A DNA stretch of 32,000 nucleotides, taken from contig NBVN01000003.1 of the NCBI GenBank assembly GCA_003056265.1, forward strand, positions 126,923-158,922, given 5' to 3'. Of the stretch, positions 14,985-25,148 are shown in pieces. Source of the stretch: Zestosphaera tikiterensis (GTDB lineage: Archaea; Thermoproteota; Thermoprotei_A; Sulfolobales; NBVN01). Under the pieces are notes generated by a model that did not search any database, had not been told where the DNA came from, and saw nothing but the letters and a program-made list of their open reading frames with translations. The position numbers and the translations under genes were made by a program. Position 1 is the first letter of the stretch; each line of letters begins with the position of its first letter.

Positions 14985-15839
14985 TCACAACCTCTTAGCT
15001 ATTATAGCCGGCGTGAGGAACTTCCTACCCTCAATAGCTTTAACTTCATCCCATTCGCTAAGTATCTTCACGGCTTCGTTAGCTACCTTTATAGCTTCAG
15101 TAACTCCAGCCCCTGGAACGAACTCGTCGGTGATTCTATTAGCTATGGCAGCGCATACAGCGCCTCCCCTACCGCCGTAGATATTCGTTAAGGTGAATAT
15201 TGTTGAGGCCTCCATCTCGAAGTTAAGTACGTTCACCTCGGAGAGTTTAAGATGTATGTCAGCCCACCTACTGGGTAAATACCCTTTAAATCCAGGCCTC
15301 CCCTGACCTACGTAGAAGGAGTCGCTGCTTGCCGTTAAACCCACATGATACCTAACCCCTAACTCCTCAGCTGCCGCTATCAACGCTAAAACTACTTCAT
15401 AATTAGCTACGGCTGGGTAGGCCTCATCAACGTATATCTTCGTTACGCCATCATACCTCACAGCACCCGTTGATATCACTAAATCACCTACTTTAATCTC
15501 CTTCTTTAAAGCCCCTGTAGTACCTACCCTAATGAACGTATCCGCCCCAACCCTAAAAAGCTCTTCAATAGCTATGGCTGCAGCCGGGCCGCCAATACCT
15601 GTTGACGTAGCAGCTATCGAAACACCTCGATACCTACCTACGTACGTAACGTACTCCCTATGTTTGCTTAACTCTTTAAACTCATCCCAAAAACTAGCTA
15701 TTAATGGAACTCTATCGGGATCCCCCGGTAGTAGAACATACCTCGGCACCTCACCGGGTTTAACAGCTATATGGTATTGCCTTCCACCGACGTCCTCAGG
15801 TGTTGAGGCAGATCTAACCCTCTCAGACAAAGCATCCAC
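14985..15839 (-). CDS. Nucleoside phosphorylase, PNP/UDP family (uridine phosphorylase-like)
   Basis: 284 aa with YVLLPGDPDRVPLIA, ATSTGIGGPAAAIAIEEL, RVGTTGAL and NFEMEAS motifs. Confidence 0.8.
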   Translation of the reverse strand: MDALSERVRSASTPEDVGGRQYHIAVKPGEVPRYVLLPGDPDRVPLIASFWDEFKELSKHREYVTYVGRYRGVSIAATSTGIGGPAAAIAIEELFRVGADTFIRVGTTGALKKEIKVGDLVISTGAVRYDGVTKIYVDEAYPAVANYEVVLALIAAAEELGVRYHVGLTASSDSFYVGQGRPGFKGYLPSRWADIHLKLSEVNVLNFEMEASTIFTLTNIYGGRGGAVCAAIANRITDEFVPGAGVTEAIKVANEAVKILSEWDEVKAIEGRKFLTPAIIAKRL

Positions 15840-15928
15840 CTAAAATTGATTTCCACCGAGGTATTTTAAAACGCTGTCGTAAAAACGTATTTAAGCTCTC
15901 CATATACTATTTGTTTGGTGTGGCGTAG

Positions 15929-16402
15929 ATGGCTGTGAATATAGAGATACCCCCTGAGTGGAGGCGCTTTAGATATAGGGGGAAGACCTTAGAGGAATTG
16001 CTATCGATGCCTATGGATCAATTAATAAATCTTTTCCCCGCGAGGATTAGAAGATCCCTCATTAGAGAGTCTAAAACGCAGGTCTTACTTAGAAGGCAGG
16101 AATACGGAATTAAAGACTCACCCAGAATGAAACTCTTAAGTAAGGTTATGAAGGCCAGAGAGTTAATGAGTAAGGGTAAGAACGTAAGAATAAGAACTCA
16201 CGTAAGAGACGCGATAATCTTGCCGGTGATGGTAGGCCTCACTATAGAAGTATATAACGGTAAGGAATATGTGCCGGTTAGAATAACGCCTGAAATGATA
16301 GGTCATTACCTAGGTGAGTACGCACCCACCACCAAGCAAGTAAAGCATGGAGAGCCAGGACTTAAGGCAACTAGATCTACGTTATTCGTCGCGATGAAGT
16401 AA
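15929..16402 (+). CDS. rps19: Ribosomal protein uS19 (S19p/S15e)
   Basis: 157 aa with [31 protein letters not shown] ... [63 protein letters not shown]. Confidence 0.9.
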   Translation: MAVNIEIPPEWRRFRYRGKTLEELLSMPMDQLINLFPARIRRSLIRESKTQVLLRRQEYGIKDSPRMKLLSKVMKARELMSKGKNVRIRTHVRDAIILPVMVGLTIEVYNGKEYVPVRITPEMIGHYLGEYAPTTKQVKHGEPGLKATRSTLFVAMK

Positions 16403-16634
16403 ACTTCAACCTTCTTTACAAATAAAACCTTAACTGTCCGTGGTTGGTATTAAAGTCTTTAACTCCTATATCTGGTGCTTTTATCTTTAGTAAGGTGACG
16501 TGTTTAAACCCTTCAAGACATTTCAAGACTTAGTTATGACGGTGTCTTAAGAATTAGGGCATCGTTCCAATAAAGACGGATATGTGAGTAATGCCTGTAT
16601 AACTTAGGGGCATCGCTTTAGAACTTTAAGGAGG

Positions 16635-16928
16635 TTATTTAACCTCAAGACATTCTTTCAAAACGTTAAGTAAGTATTTCTTAAGTTTGACTGCGTCGTT
16701 TTCAAGCAATACTAGCTTAAACTCTCGTGTTTTATGTTTGATCTTAACTAAGGAGATGTAGCCTTTATAGCCCTCCGGTATTAAGTAAGCCAACTCTTTC
16801 CTATCCGCTTTTATGCGATGCTTCTCTACGGATGTAATGTCGCATAACCTAAGCTCTATCTCTTGAGGGTTTCTTACAGCGCTTAACGTTTTCAACTCCT
16901 TAAGTGAAGGTGATCCTTTAACCTTCAC
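16635..16928 (-). CDS. Hypothetical protein
   Basis: 97-aa ORF starting at a GTG. The frame stays open for a further 44 codons upstream (to ~17060) without a canonical start codon. I recognised no family. Confidence 0.35.
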   Translation of the reverse strand: MKVKGSPSLKELKTLSAVRNPQEIELRLCDITSVEKHRIKADRKELAYLIPEGYKGYISLVKIKHKTREFKLVLLENDAVKLKKYLLNVLKECLEVK

Positions 16929-17130
16929 TATGTTTGAAACAAGCTTAGGTTTTAACCTAAGTATTAGGTTTTCAGGGATGTTTAAAGAAACTACACACTC
17001 AATAACTAACCTACCTTCAACGCATAAAGCCTTAAATAGCTTAACGCCTCCCTTAATTACTCAACCACCGTTGAGTGTTTTATTTTAAAGCTTATAATTG
17101 AAGTAATTCTTACTTTAACGGGTTTAAAAC

Positions 17131-17916
17131 ATGGGTATGTACGGTATAGACGAGATGTTTCGAGTGAGGTTCAGCAGGGAGGAGATTGAGGAGTTAAGAA
17201 ATACGTTAAGCGAGATGAAAAACCCTGTTGAGGTATATACCTTCGTCGACGAGAGGTGTAGATACTGTTCCAACACAGTCAAGCTTGTGGAGGTATTAAG
17301 CGATGCCAGCCCATCATCCAACGGGGGTAAGTTAATTAAACATACGGTAGTTAGTAGGGGTAACGACGCCTTAGGGCTTTTCAAAAAGTTTAACGTGTCT
17401 AGAGTGCCTACAGTAGCTTTTCTCGACGGATATATAAGATATACAGGCATGCCAGCTGGGGAGGAAATCAGAGGTTTCATTGAAACGTTAATTAGGTTGA
17501 GCACGGGGGATTCAGGGTTAAGCCAATCTACTGTTGAAACCCTATCTAAGCTTAAAGGCTTAGTACGTGTTGAGGTTATAGTAACGCCCACATGCCCTTA
17601 CTGCCCCTACGCAGCTTTACTAGCTAACATGTTCGCCTTCGAATCGTATAGACTAGGTAACAAGGTAGTTGTCGCCGACGTAGTTGAGGCTTATGAAAAT
17701 CCGGATATTGCCGACATGTACGGCGTTATGACAGTCCCTACAATAGCCATCAACGGTGAAGTCGAGTTCGTCGGCGTTCCTTACGAAGACCAATTCCTCG
17801 AGAAAGTTGTTGAGCATTCTAACAAAGCTTACTTAAAACAGAAGAAAAAAGAAGAGTATATGAGGTTATTAAAAGAACTAGAGAAAGATACCACACAGGA
17901 TAAGGACGTTAAGTAA
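17131..17916 (+). CDS. Protein disulfide oxidoreductase (PDO; two thioredoxin folds)
   Basis: 261 aa with two CxxC sites, CRYC (N-terminal unit) and CPYC (C-terminal unit). The C-terminal unit has the glutaredoxin-like MTVPTIAING motif. Confidence 0.8.
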   Translation: MGMYGIDEMFRVRFSREEIEELRNTLSEMKNPVEVYTFVDERCRYCSNTVKLVEVLSDASPSSNGGKLIKHTVVSRGNDALGLFKKFNVSRVPTVAFLDGYIRYTGMPAGEEIRGFIETLIRLSTGDSGLSQSTVETLSKLKGLVRVEVIVTPTCPYCPYAALLANMFAFESYRLGNKVVVADVVEAYENPDIADMYGVMTVPTIAINGEVEFVGVPYEDQFLEKVVEHSNKAYLKQKKKEEYMRLLKELEKDTTQDKDVK

Positions 17917-18012
17917 CCCACTTTAATTAGTTAATTTACGGAGGATTCCCCCCACGCGTTAGTTACTTTTTATTAACGTGAGTTTATTGCTTAGTGAGGA
18001 GTTTAAGATGCT

Positions 18013-21000
18013 TTAATATTCGCATGTGGGGCATTCCCCTGACTCGCCTTCCTTTAACACGTATCGGGTGATTCTATACCTACTTAAATCCTTTCTAACT
18101 TGTTTTGGCTCCACCTCATGTTCTGCTTCTTCAGATTTACGGATTACTCGTTCCTTTACTTGAGGTTCTTCAAGTTCTTTACCTTCACGTGACATCTTCT
18201 TAGTTAGCTTCGCACCGAAGTAAATCACTTGCTGTGTCTTGCTTTTATCTCTATATACGGTTATTCCTTTACAGCCAACCACCCATGCCGTCATATAAGC
18301 TTTCCTAACGTCTTCTACGGTTGCTTCAGCCCTCATGTTAATTGTCTTACTTACTCCAGCGTCCACCCATTGCTGCCATGCCGCTTGATGAAGTATATGC
18401 CATATAGGTTCAATGTCATGAGCTGTTGGGAAAACCTCCCTAAGCTTCTTGGGTATGAAGGGATTCCCCCTTACGGAACCTGACTCCGCAACAACGCCAA
18501 CTACCTCCGGGTTGTCGAGGCCGTAGAGTCTGAGGGCTTCTAGGAAGAGTGGATTAACTTCGATGAAAGTCCCTACAGTTACTACTCTAGTGAACGCTAA
18601 AGCAAATATGGGTTCTATAGATGATGAAGTGCCGCCGATTATCGAGACCGTCCCTGTAGGCGCTATAGAAAGTACGGCGGCGTTTCTTAAACCTTTAGCT
18701 CTAACCTCACTTTCAAGTTCTCTCCAATTAACGGAGGGCCTTTCAAACACAAGCTTCTTCACCTCACTTGAGATGTTGCCGGAGACGCCGCTAGCTTTGA
18801 AGATCTCTTCTAAAGGAAGTGCGTCACTCCAAAACATCTTGTAAAGCTTCGAGTTCCAAGCAGGGAACGGACCTTTCTCAATAGCTAACTTAAGTGAAGC
18901 TCTATAGGCGTTGTAAGCAATCCACTCAGCAAGGTGGTAAGCTAGGTAAACAGCATCTACGCTGTCGTAGGGGATTCCTAACTTCACAAGCATGTGGGCC
19001 CAACCCATAACACCTAAACCAACTTTCCTCGTTCTTCTAACACGCTCCTCAATTTGAGGGAGTAAAAACCTAGCAACGTCAATAACATTATCTAAAAATC
19101 TAACAGCTACCTCAACATCCTTTCCTAAACCCACCCAATCTATTCGGCCGTCGCTAGTCACGTACTTCTCAAGGTTTATACTTCCTAAATTGCAGGCCTC
19201 CCACTCAAGAAGAGGTTCCTCACCACAGTTGTGATGTATTAATCCGGCCGCAATGTAGGCGTGAACCTCCGGTACGGTGAAGTCATAAAAGTCTACTACT
19301 CCAGCGTCTTCAACTCTCTCCACCGACACCCAGACCGGGTCGCTCTCAGCTTTACTTAACTTCAGCTCGGTGGTCTTTTCCAATGATTCAAAACCTACGA
19401 GTTCAGTGAATATGTGACGGCTGTAGTTACTTATCGTTAACTCATAGTATTCGGAAGCCTCATATACCTTCACCTCATCATTTGCTGTGGCATAGCTGAA
19501 TTTCCTGTCGTGTGGTTTGCTATATATCTCGCTGAATATCCCTATCGTCGTTAGCAATATTTGAACGTCCTTAAGCAGGTCTGAGCTGGCGTTAGTCAGC
19601 CTTATCGCATCGTCAAAACCTGTAGCTCCGTTGGCTGTGAATAAACCACGTAGGAAAGATTTAAGGGATTCTAGATCTAGCTTCCAAGCAATCTCTGGAA
19701 GTCTTCTCCTATGCTGGTATGGAGGGATTTCACCAATAAGTTCAACCACTTTCTTATATGCACTTGTTCCACTACCGAACTTAAGTGTTAATTCAGCTTT
19801 ATCTAACACCGCATTACCGTCTGAGTTCCCGCCTAACTTAGCTATCGCCTGCTTAACCCTCTCGAAAGCAGCTCCATCCCCTGATTTAAAGTGCCACGCG
19901 ACATAATCCTTGCTTAATGCGCCGTTTCCCACCAACCAACCAAGGGCGAACGCAACGTCCGAATCGAGTTTGATAGTAGAGGTCAGGGCCCTCCCTACAT
20001 ACTCTGGATGCATTCTCGCTAACGCTATTGCGTCGCCAGGCCTTAACTCACGTGCTTCTTTCCAACCTTCAGGGGTTAGGAATCTATGCTCATACGTGAC
20101 AGTTACCTCATACCCTTCCTTCGTAACTACCTTAAGTGCTGGCTTCCTACCTACGTACCAAACCCACGCTTTCTGCGGAGCTACGATTTTCAACTTTAAC
20201 TCTTTGTTTTCGGCGATTCCGCGTACAGCAGATTCACCTACCGGCGCTACAAGCGTTGTTTCGTATGCTATCGGTTCACCACCCTCGCCGAGAACTTTTT
20301 CATCAGCAACTACGGTTTTGACTTCAACTCCATGTTTCTTAGCCTCCTCCCAAACCTCCCGGGCGGTCCTCCACCCCTTAGGTGTTAATACACGGGTCTC
20401 TCCACTAACGCATGGGTTGGTCGCGTTTATCTTGCCTAAGTACCACGTCGGATGTCTTCGGTTTATAGTGTCTATGAATAGAAGCCCTGGGTCTCCCGAC
20501 TCCCAAGCGTTCTTAACTATCTCCTCAAATATTGCCTTAGGGTCTTCCCACGCTACTATCGCCCCCTCCGCTTCAGCTATCGCTAAAGCTTCGTCCCACG
20601 TTATTATGAGGCTATTCTCTAAAGGTATGGAGCCTCCGTTCATTTCCAACTCATCTATTATTACCTCCTGAACCCATTCCTCATCCATGTAATGTCTTGC
20701 CCAGACGACAGCGTATTTCAGCGAGTTATGTGTTTTATCTAAGGAGGTCTTTCTTGGGTTGATTAAAGGTACGGGTTTTCCTTCATTTAACGCTTTCATG
20801 AAGTAGTCGTACATACCTACGGATATGTTGAAGTTTTGAAGGACGGCGTCTTTCCCCTCGCCAGATTTAGCTTTAATGAACTTCTTAATGTCTGGATGCC
20901 AAACGTGAAGTACGCCCATGTTAGCTCCTCTACGCCTTCCGCCCTGCTTAACGACCTCCGTATTCACGTCGAACAGCTTCATGAATGAAAGAGGTCCTGA

Positions 21001-21777
21001 AGCAACTCCAGCAGTTGAAGCGACTACATCACCTTCAGGCCTTAATTCAGAGAAGTTGAAGCCGCAACCACCGCCCTGCTGGAATATAATTGCTTGAGCT
21101 CTAACGGCGTCGTAAATCCCATCGTTTTCAGGCGTTACCATAGCGTCTCTAACGGGTAAGACAAAACACGCTGAGAGAATTCCCAACTTAGTTCCTGCGT
21201 TCATTAACGTAGGTGAGTTGGGAATGAACCTTAACTCCTTCATTAAACGAAGGAACTCGTTAAACCAATATTCCCTAGATTCCGGCTTCTCAGCGGAAGC
21301 GACGAACCTAGCCACCCTTTCAAAAAGGGCTTTAGGCGTTTCTAAAAACCTTCCGCTGTTTGGATCCTTCCTTAAATACCTACTCATTAAAACCCTTAAA
21401 GCATAGTAAGTAAGTCTTAAATCGTCTGGGTCGAAAGAACTCCACTTACCCTTGCCGAAGACGTCGTTGTAGATCCTCGCAAGTAAGTAGTACCTACCAG
21501 CAACTTCATACCTAGGGTCTTCAACAACCCTGGTAATGAAAGCCTTCTCAACAAAGTCGGATATCTTACTTGAAGGAACTTTATCAGGCTCGTTAAAAAC
21601 GGAGTTTAGAACATCATCCATAACTGACGTAAGTGACGCGTCGTTTAAACCAGCCGCGTTTAACGCCGCATGAACACTCTTGACTAACTTACTCAACTCA
21701 AAAGGTTCTTCACGTCCATTCCTCTTAACTACGGTTAGGGATTTCATAGTCAAACTCAATCGACCTATACCATTCAC
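18013..21777 (-). CDS. nrdJ: Ribonucleoside reductase, adenosylcobalamin-dependent class II, with N-terminal ATP-cone and one intein
   Basis: 1254 aa. The ATP-cone is [11 protein letters not shown].... The catalytic site NATNP-C...GEEPL is interrupted between P455 and the catalytic Cys. The C-terminus carries CPTC. The likely real start is M11 (nt 21747). Confidence 0.9.
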   Translation of the reverse strand: MNGIGRLSLTMKSLTVVKRNGREEPFELSKLVKSVHAALNAAGLNDASLTSVMDDVLNSVFNEPDKVPSSKISDFVEKAFITRVVEDPRYEVAGRYYLLARIYNDVFGKGKWSSFDPDDLRLTYYALRVLMSRYLRKDPNSGRFLETPKALFERVARFVASAEKPESREYWFNEFLRLMKELRFIPNSPTLMNAGTKLGILSACFVLPVRDAMVTPENDGIYDAVRAQAIIFQQGGGCGFNFSELRPEGDVVASTAGVASGPLSFMKLFDVNTEVVKQGGRRRGANMGVLHVWHPDIKKFIKAKSGEGKDAVLQNFNISVGMYDYFMKALNEGKPVPLINPRKTSLDKTHNSLKYAVVWARHYMDEEWVQEVIIDELEMNGGSIPLENSLIITWDEALAIAEAEGAIVAWEDPKAIFEEIVKNAWESGDPGLLFIDTINRRHPTWYLGKINATNPCVSGETRVLTPKGWRTAREVWEEAKKHGVEVKTVVADEKVLGEGGEPIAYETTLVAPVGESAVRGIAENKELKLKIVAPQKAWVWYVGRKPALKVVTKEGYEVTVTYEHRFLTPEGWKEARELRPGDAIALARMHPEYVGRALTSTIKLDSDVAFALGWLVGNGALSKDYVAWHFKSGDGAAFERVKQAIAKLGGNSDGNAVLDKAELTLKFGSGTSAYKKVVELIGEIPPYQHRRRLPEIAWKLDLESLKSFLRGLFTANGATGFDDAIRLTNASSDLLKDVQILLTTIGIFSEIYSKPHDRKFSYATANDEVKVYEASEYYELTISNYSRHIFTELVGFESLEKTTELKLSKAESDPVWVSVERVEDAGVVDFYDFTVPEVHAYIAAGLIHHNCGEEPLLEWEACNLGSINLEKYVTSDGRIDWVGLGKDVEVAVRFLDNVIDVARFLLPQIEERVRRTRKVGLGVMGWAHMLVKLGIPYDSVDAVYLAYHLAEWIAYNAYRASLKLAIEKGPFPAWNSKLYKMFWSDALPLEEIFKASGVSGNISSEVKKLVFERPSVNWRELESEVRAKGLRNAAVLSIAPTGTVSIIGGTSSSIEPIFALAFTRVVTVGTFIEVNPLFLEALRLYGLDNPEVVGVVAESGSVRGNPFIPKKLREVFPTAHDIEPIWHILHQAAWQQWVDAGVSKTINMRAEATVEDVRKAYMTAWVVGCKGITVYRDKSKTQQVIYFGAKLTKKMSREGKELEEPQVKERVIRKSEEAEHEVEPKQVRKDLSRYRITRYVLKEGESGECPTCEY
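19228..20412 (-). mobile_element. Intein (395 aa) with a LAGLIDADG-type endonuclease domain, inserted at the RNR active-site NPCGE motif
   Basis: The intein starts at CVSGETRVL (Cys codon 20412-20410) and has block B TYEH. The LAGLIDADG-like motifs are [10 protein letters not shown] and [11 protein letters not shown]. It ends ...AAGLIHHN (Asn codon 19230-19228), followed by the +1 Cys of CGEEPL. Both junctions are in frame with the ORF, at codons 456 and 850. Confidence 0.9.
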
Positions 21778-21959
21778 TTAGTATTTAGTTATGAAGCTTA
21801 TTTTCCTTAACTCCACGACTATTATTTAAGCTTGGTAATACCTTATTCACAGCCAGAGTAATAATACAGGCAGTTACTGCTGTAAGTTAAGTTAATCCCT
21901 AGGGAAAATTCGTTGAATAAGACTACCTAACGTTAAGTCGTGAAACGTTTATAAACTAC

Positions 21960-23117
21960 TTAAATAGCTTTGAACTTAGCATCCCAGGATTCGAAAACTT
22001 TAATCAACTCTTTATTAACGCTAGGTTTCCTCTCCTTTAAAACTTCCATAAAGTCCTCCATAGTTATAGGTCTAGGTACGCCGTCGTGAGAGCCTCTAGC
22101 GAAAAGCTCTCTAACCGTTCTTAAATGAGCCGTCATAACTATATCTTTTATATCGCTTGCTGTATACCCGTCTAAAGCGTCAGCCAACCTGCTGAAGTCA
22201 ACGTCGGGACTTAAACTTAACTTCTTCGTGTAAAGTTTAATTAACTGCAGCCTAGCTTCTTTGTTAGGTAGGGGTATGTAGATCCTTTTTTGAAATCTTC
22301 TTATGAACGCATCGTCGAGTTTCCATGGCTTGTTCGTAGCCGCTATGACATATACGAAGTACGTTTTGTCCTTGTCTTGAAGGCCGTCCATCTCCTTCAA
22401 AAACTGATTCCTAACTCTAGTTTCCCCACCTACTTCAGCGTTAAACGAGCTTAGTAGAGAATCTACTTCATCAATGAATATTATCACGGGTTTTTTCGAT
22501 GCTGCGGCTAGGTCACGCGCCTTACTGAATATTTTAGCGACCCTCTTCTCAGCTTCACCTAACCATTTAGACATTATGGAAGCGGCGTCCACATGTATGA
22601 AGTAGCCATCAACTTCATTAGCTACTGCGGCCGCTACGTAGGTCTTGCCACAGCCCGGAGGCCCGAAAAGTAAAATCCCTCTAGGCCACCCTAAAGGAAA
22701 AAGATCGGGTCTTTTGGTGGGGTAGATTATAGATTCGAAGAAAGCCTGCTTAACATGTTCTAAATCAGCAACGTCTTCAAAAGTAACCTTCGGTTTTTCC
22801 TTAAGTATAAACTCCTCAAGATCTTCATCGTCTGATTCCGAGCTCCTACTTCCGGTCGCTGGGAGGAGTGAAGTCCTCAAGCTTTCTAAATCTTTAATTC
22901 TCTTATGGTATTGCTTTATCCAATCCTTGTAGATTGTGTTGAGGGGGTTGTCGGGATATAACTGTATTATCTTGTTAAGTACTTCTATAGCGTTCCTATA
23001 GTTTTTTATAGCCTCCCCGTAATTACCTTCCCTATCGTTAAGAACTGCTTGAATCGCGTAATGCCTTGCTGCGTTTTCAAGATAGGGTAGTGAGTTGCTG
23101 CTCATCCGTAAAAACAC
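21960..23117 (-). CDS. cdvC: CdvC, Vps4-like AAA+ ATPase with N-terminal MIT domain
   Basis: 385 aa. It has MIT-like helices ([22 protein letters not shown]), Walker A GPPGCGKT and Walker B IIFIDEVD, and lies immediately downstream of cdvB. Confidence 0.9.
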   Translation of the reverse strand: MFLRMSSNSLPYLENAARHYAIQAVLNDREGNYGEAIKNYRNAIEVLNKIIQLYPDNPLNTIYKDWIKQYHKRIKDLESLRTSLLPATGSRSSESDDEDLEEFILKEKPKVTFEDVADLEHVKQAFFESIIYPTKRPDLFPLGWPRGILLFGPPGCGKTYVAAAVANEVDGYFIHVDAASIMSKWLGEAEKRVAKIFSKARDLAAASKKPVIIFIDEVDSLLSSFNAEVGGETRVRNQFLKEMDGLQDKDKTYFVYVIAATNKPWKLDDAFIRRFQKRIYIPLPNKEARLQLIKLYTKKLSLSPDVDFSRLADALDGYTASDIKDIVMTAHLRTVRELFARGSHDGVPRPITMEDFMEVLKERKPSVNKELIKVFESWDAKFKAI

Positions 23118-23137
23118 CTCATATAGGTTTTCCCTTC

Positions 23138-24007
23138 CTAAAAGATTACCTTATTCTGTTCTTTCAACCTATTTAACGACTCGTATATCTCTTCCTTACC
23201 TACGCCTAACTTAGACGCTACGTCATTTACGTCTAGGAAGCCGTTATGCGTTAATATATACTCCAGCACAGCCTTATCTAACATGCTGGGCTCCATCCTC
23301 CTACTAGGTGTTTTAGGCTTCGACGGCTGTGGTTGAGCTACAGCCTCCTTAACCCTCTCCTCCAAGTTACTCTTGACTTTAACAGGGACAAGGATATTCA
23401 ACGGTATCTCGGGGAGTTGATTCTTCACAGTTTCCGCAGCTGCTTTCTCAATCTCCTCCAACAACTTCTTAGCTTCAGGTGTGTATTCCAAAGCCTGCTC
23501 GGGCTTCAGCTGGACGTAGTCTGTTGTGGAGGCTAGCATCTTCCTCGATTCGTTAATCATAGTTTCTATGTTGTACGCGAGGCTCGGTATAACGTCTTTA
23601 ACGTAGTCTTTAGCTAGGGAGAGTAGGTTAGAAACCTCAATTAAAGATGGTGAGATATTACTCACATCTTCTAAGGTCTCAAGCCTTAGTTTAACTTGCT
23701 CAAGCACCTTCTCAACTATGACTAACTTCGTCACCATCTCACGTACTTGATGAGCTTCATTAGCGTATATTAAAGCTCTATCGCCTTCCTTACTGACCGT
23801 AGCCGCTATAGTTGCTTTCAGTAGGTTCTCGAACCTAGACTTAAGCCTAGCTATAGCTTCAGTAACCTCCTGCTTAGCTGTGTCTATATGAACTATAAGT
23901 AGGGATATAACTCTTTTCTTCTCTAGCTTAGATTTACTCCTACTAAACGGACCTATTAAGTTCCTGAACCATTTAAGCACACCCCCCTCATTCTCTACCG
24001 ATGTCAC
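23138..24007 (-). CDS. cdvB: CdvB, ESCRT-III-like protein with C-terminal winged helix
   Basis: 289 aa. A Snf7-like helical core is followed by a C-terminal wH-like segment ([40 protein letters not shown]). It sits between cdvA and cdvC. Confidence 0.85.
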   Translation of the reverse strand: MTSVENEGGVLKWFRNLIGPFSRSKSKLEKKRVISLLIVHIDTAKQEVTEAIARLKSRFENLLKATIAATVSKEGDRALIYANEAHQVREMVTKLVIVEKVLEQVKLRLETLEDVSNISPSLIEVSNLLSLAKDYVKDVIPSLAYNIETMINESRKMLASTTDYVQLKPEQALEYTPEAKKLLEEIEKAAAETVKNQLPEIPLNILVPVKVKSNLEERVKEAVAQPQPSKPKTPSRRMEPSMLDKAVLEYILTHNGFLDVNDVASKLGVGKEEIYESLNRLKEQNKVIF

Positions 24008-24039
24008 TGCTCACCCCTCCCAGCTCCTCCCTTCAGCGT

Positions 24040-24801
24040 TTAAGTGTCGACGACCTGAACTTGAATTGGGGATTCTGCTTTAGGCATAGACTGCGTGGCA
24101 GGGGTTGAGGGGGTTGTGAGTGTTTGTTGCGGTGCTTCCGCCGCCTGCCTTATCTCACCGGCTTCAGTCTCTAACTTACTTATAAGTTCTAAGTGTTTCT
24201 CAACATCTCTTTTTTCGTCTAAAGACTTAGTTCTGTTGTTCCTAAGGAAGTCGGCCGCTATCTTATATGAAGCCTCGCTGAATTCGTTGCTCATGTAGAG
24301 CACTTGAAGGTTTGTTAAGTCCTTCTCAAGCCTTATTATGAGGTCTTCTAACTCCCCAGCTCTCTTCCTTAACAACTCCTTAACCTTCTTAACTTCCTCC
24401 TTTAAATTCCTAAACTCGACCTCCAGCTTTCTCTTCAACTCTTCGTAGGCGTGGACGGGTACGGTGCCTTTCCTGTAGAGATCTTCAGTAGCTCTTAACC
24501 TCTTCTTAACGCGGTCTAATTTATTTTCAATATCTAGCGCCTTCACTTTCCACTCGGGAACAACTACTAAACCGTCTGGAGTGAGTTTAATTCTTGAAGC
24601 AGGCACGCCTTCATACATAGCGTCATTAATGCTTAACTCTATAGACTCTACTTCACCGGAGACGTTGCTATAAACCATTACTAACTTACCTAAAATCCTA
24701 CCATACTCATCTTTAATCATTTGACCAACGAACTTATCCAGTTGATCCAAAGTTATTATCACTTTCTCAACACCTCGTAAAAGATACTGATGTATTAACA
24801 A
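24040..24801 (-). CDS. cdvA: CdvA (PRC-barrel, coiled coil, C-terminal tail)
   Basis: 253 aa with FVGQMIKDEYGRILGKLVMVYSNVSGEVESIELS (PRC barrel), then a long coiled coil. An alternative start is the GTG at 24762, preceded by GGTG, with TTTTTTAAGG (bottom strand) about 45 nt upstream. Confidence 0.85.
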   Translation of the reverse strand: MLIHQYLLRGVEKVIITLDQLDKFVGQMIKDEYGRILGKLVMVYSNVSGEVESIELSINDAMYEGVPASRIKLTPDGLVVVPEWKVKALDIENKLDRVKKRLRATEDLYRKGTVPVHAYEELKRKLEVEFRNLKEEVKKVKELLRKRAGELEDLIIRLEKDLTNLQVLYMSNEFSEASYKIAADFLRNNRTKSLDEKRDVEKHLELISKLETEAGEIRQAAEAPQQTLTTPSTPATQSMPKAESPIQVQVVDT

Positions 24802-25148
24802 TCCTTAAAAAACTTAATACTCATGAAAGCACGTAATAACTGAATGCATGCTTCAGCTTAACAACGACTTACGTATAGAGCTAAGGAAGGTAGCTTTAAT
24901 TCACTACGGGTTAGAAAGTCTTACTGCTTGAATTAATTAGAGTAAAGTTTATGTCTTTCCCTAAAGACCGTTGTTGAATTCTGTTGAGAGTGGCCGTAAT
25001 TGGGGAGGTGCTAACCCTTACGGAGTTTAAAAGCGTGTTTTAAGAGCGGGTTTTAACGTGTTGGGAATTGCGAGTGATTTTAAGTATTGAATTCTGAGGG
25101 GCTTCAACGGTTTTAAATGGTGAGAGGTTAAAATCTAGGTGTTTAGTA

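Noticed and set aside
16553-16617. Direct repeat TTAGGGCATCGTT / TTAGGGGCATCGCTT downstream of rps19
   Set aside because: There are only two imperfect 13-15-nt copies with no associated structure or ORF, which is not enough to interpret.
17124-17591. 155-aa ORF antisense to the PDO gene
   Set aside because: The + strand gene has two CxxC thioredoxin units and clear family resemblance. The antisense translation is S/L/T-rich with no features.
19631-20671. Long antisense ORFs (19631-19906, 19910-20671, 20136-20321, +) inside nrdJ and its intein
   Set aside because: The Ser/Pro/Thr-rich translations carry no motifs. They are shadow ORFs opposite a strongly supported 1254-aa gene. The same applies to 18229-18483, 18563-18844 and 21218-21406.
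24973-25096. 10-bp direct repeat TTGAATTCTG (24973-24982 and 25087-25096) and a C/D-like GTGATTT...CTGA in the cdvA-eno intergenic region
   Set aside because: The repeat is short and could be chance. The C-box-like word deviates from RUGAUGA and no C'/D' pair is present.
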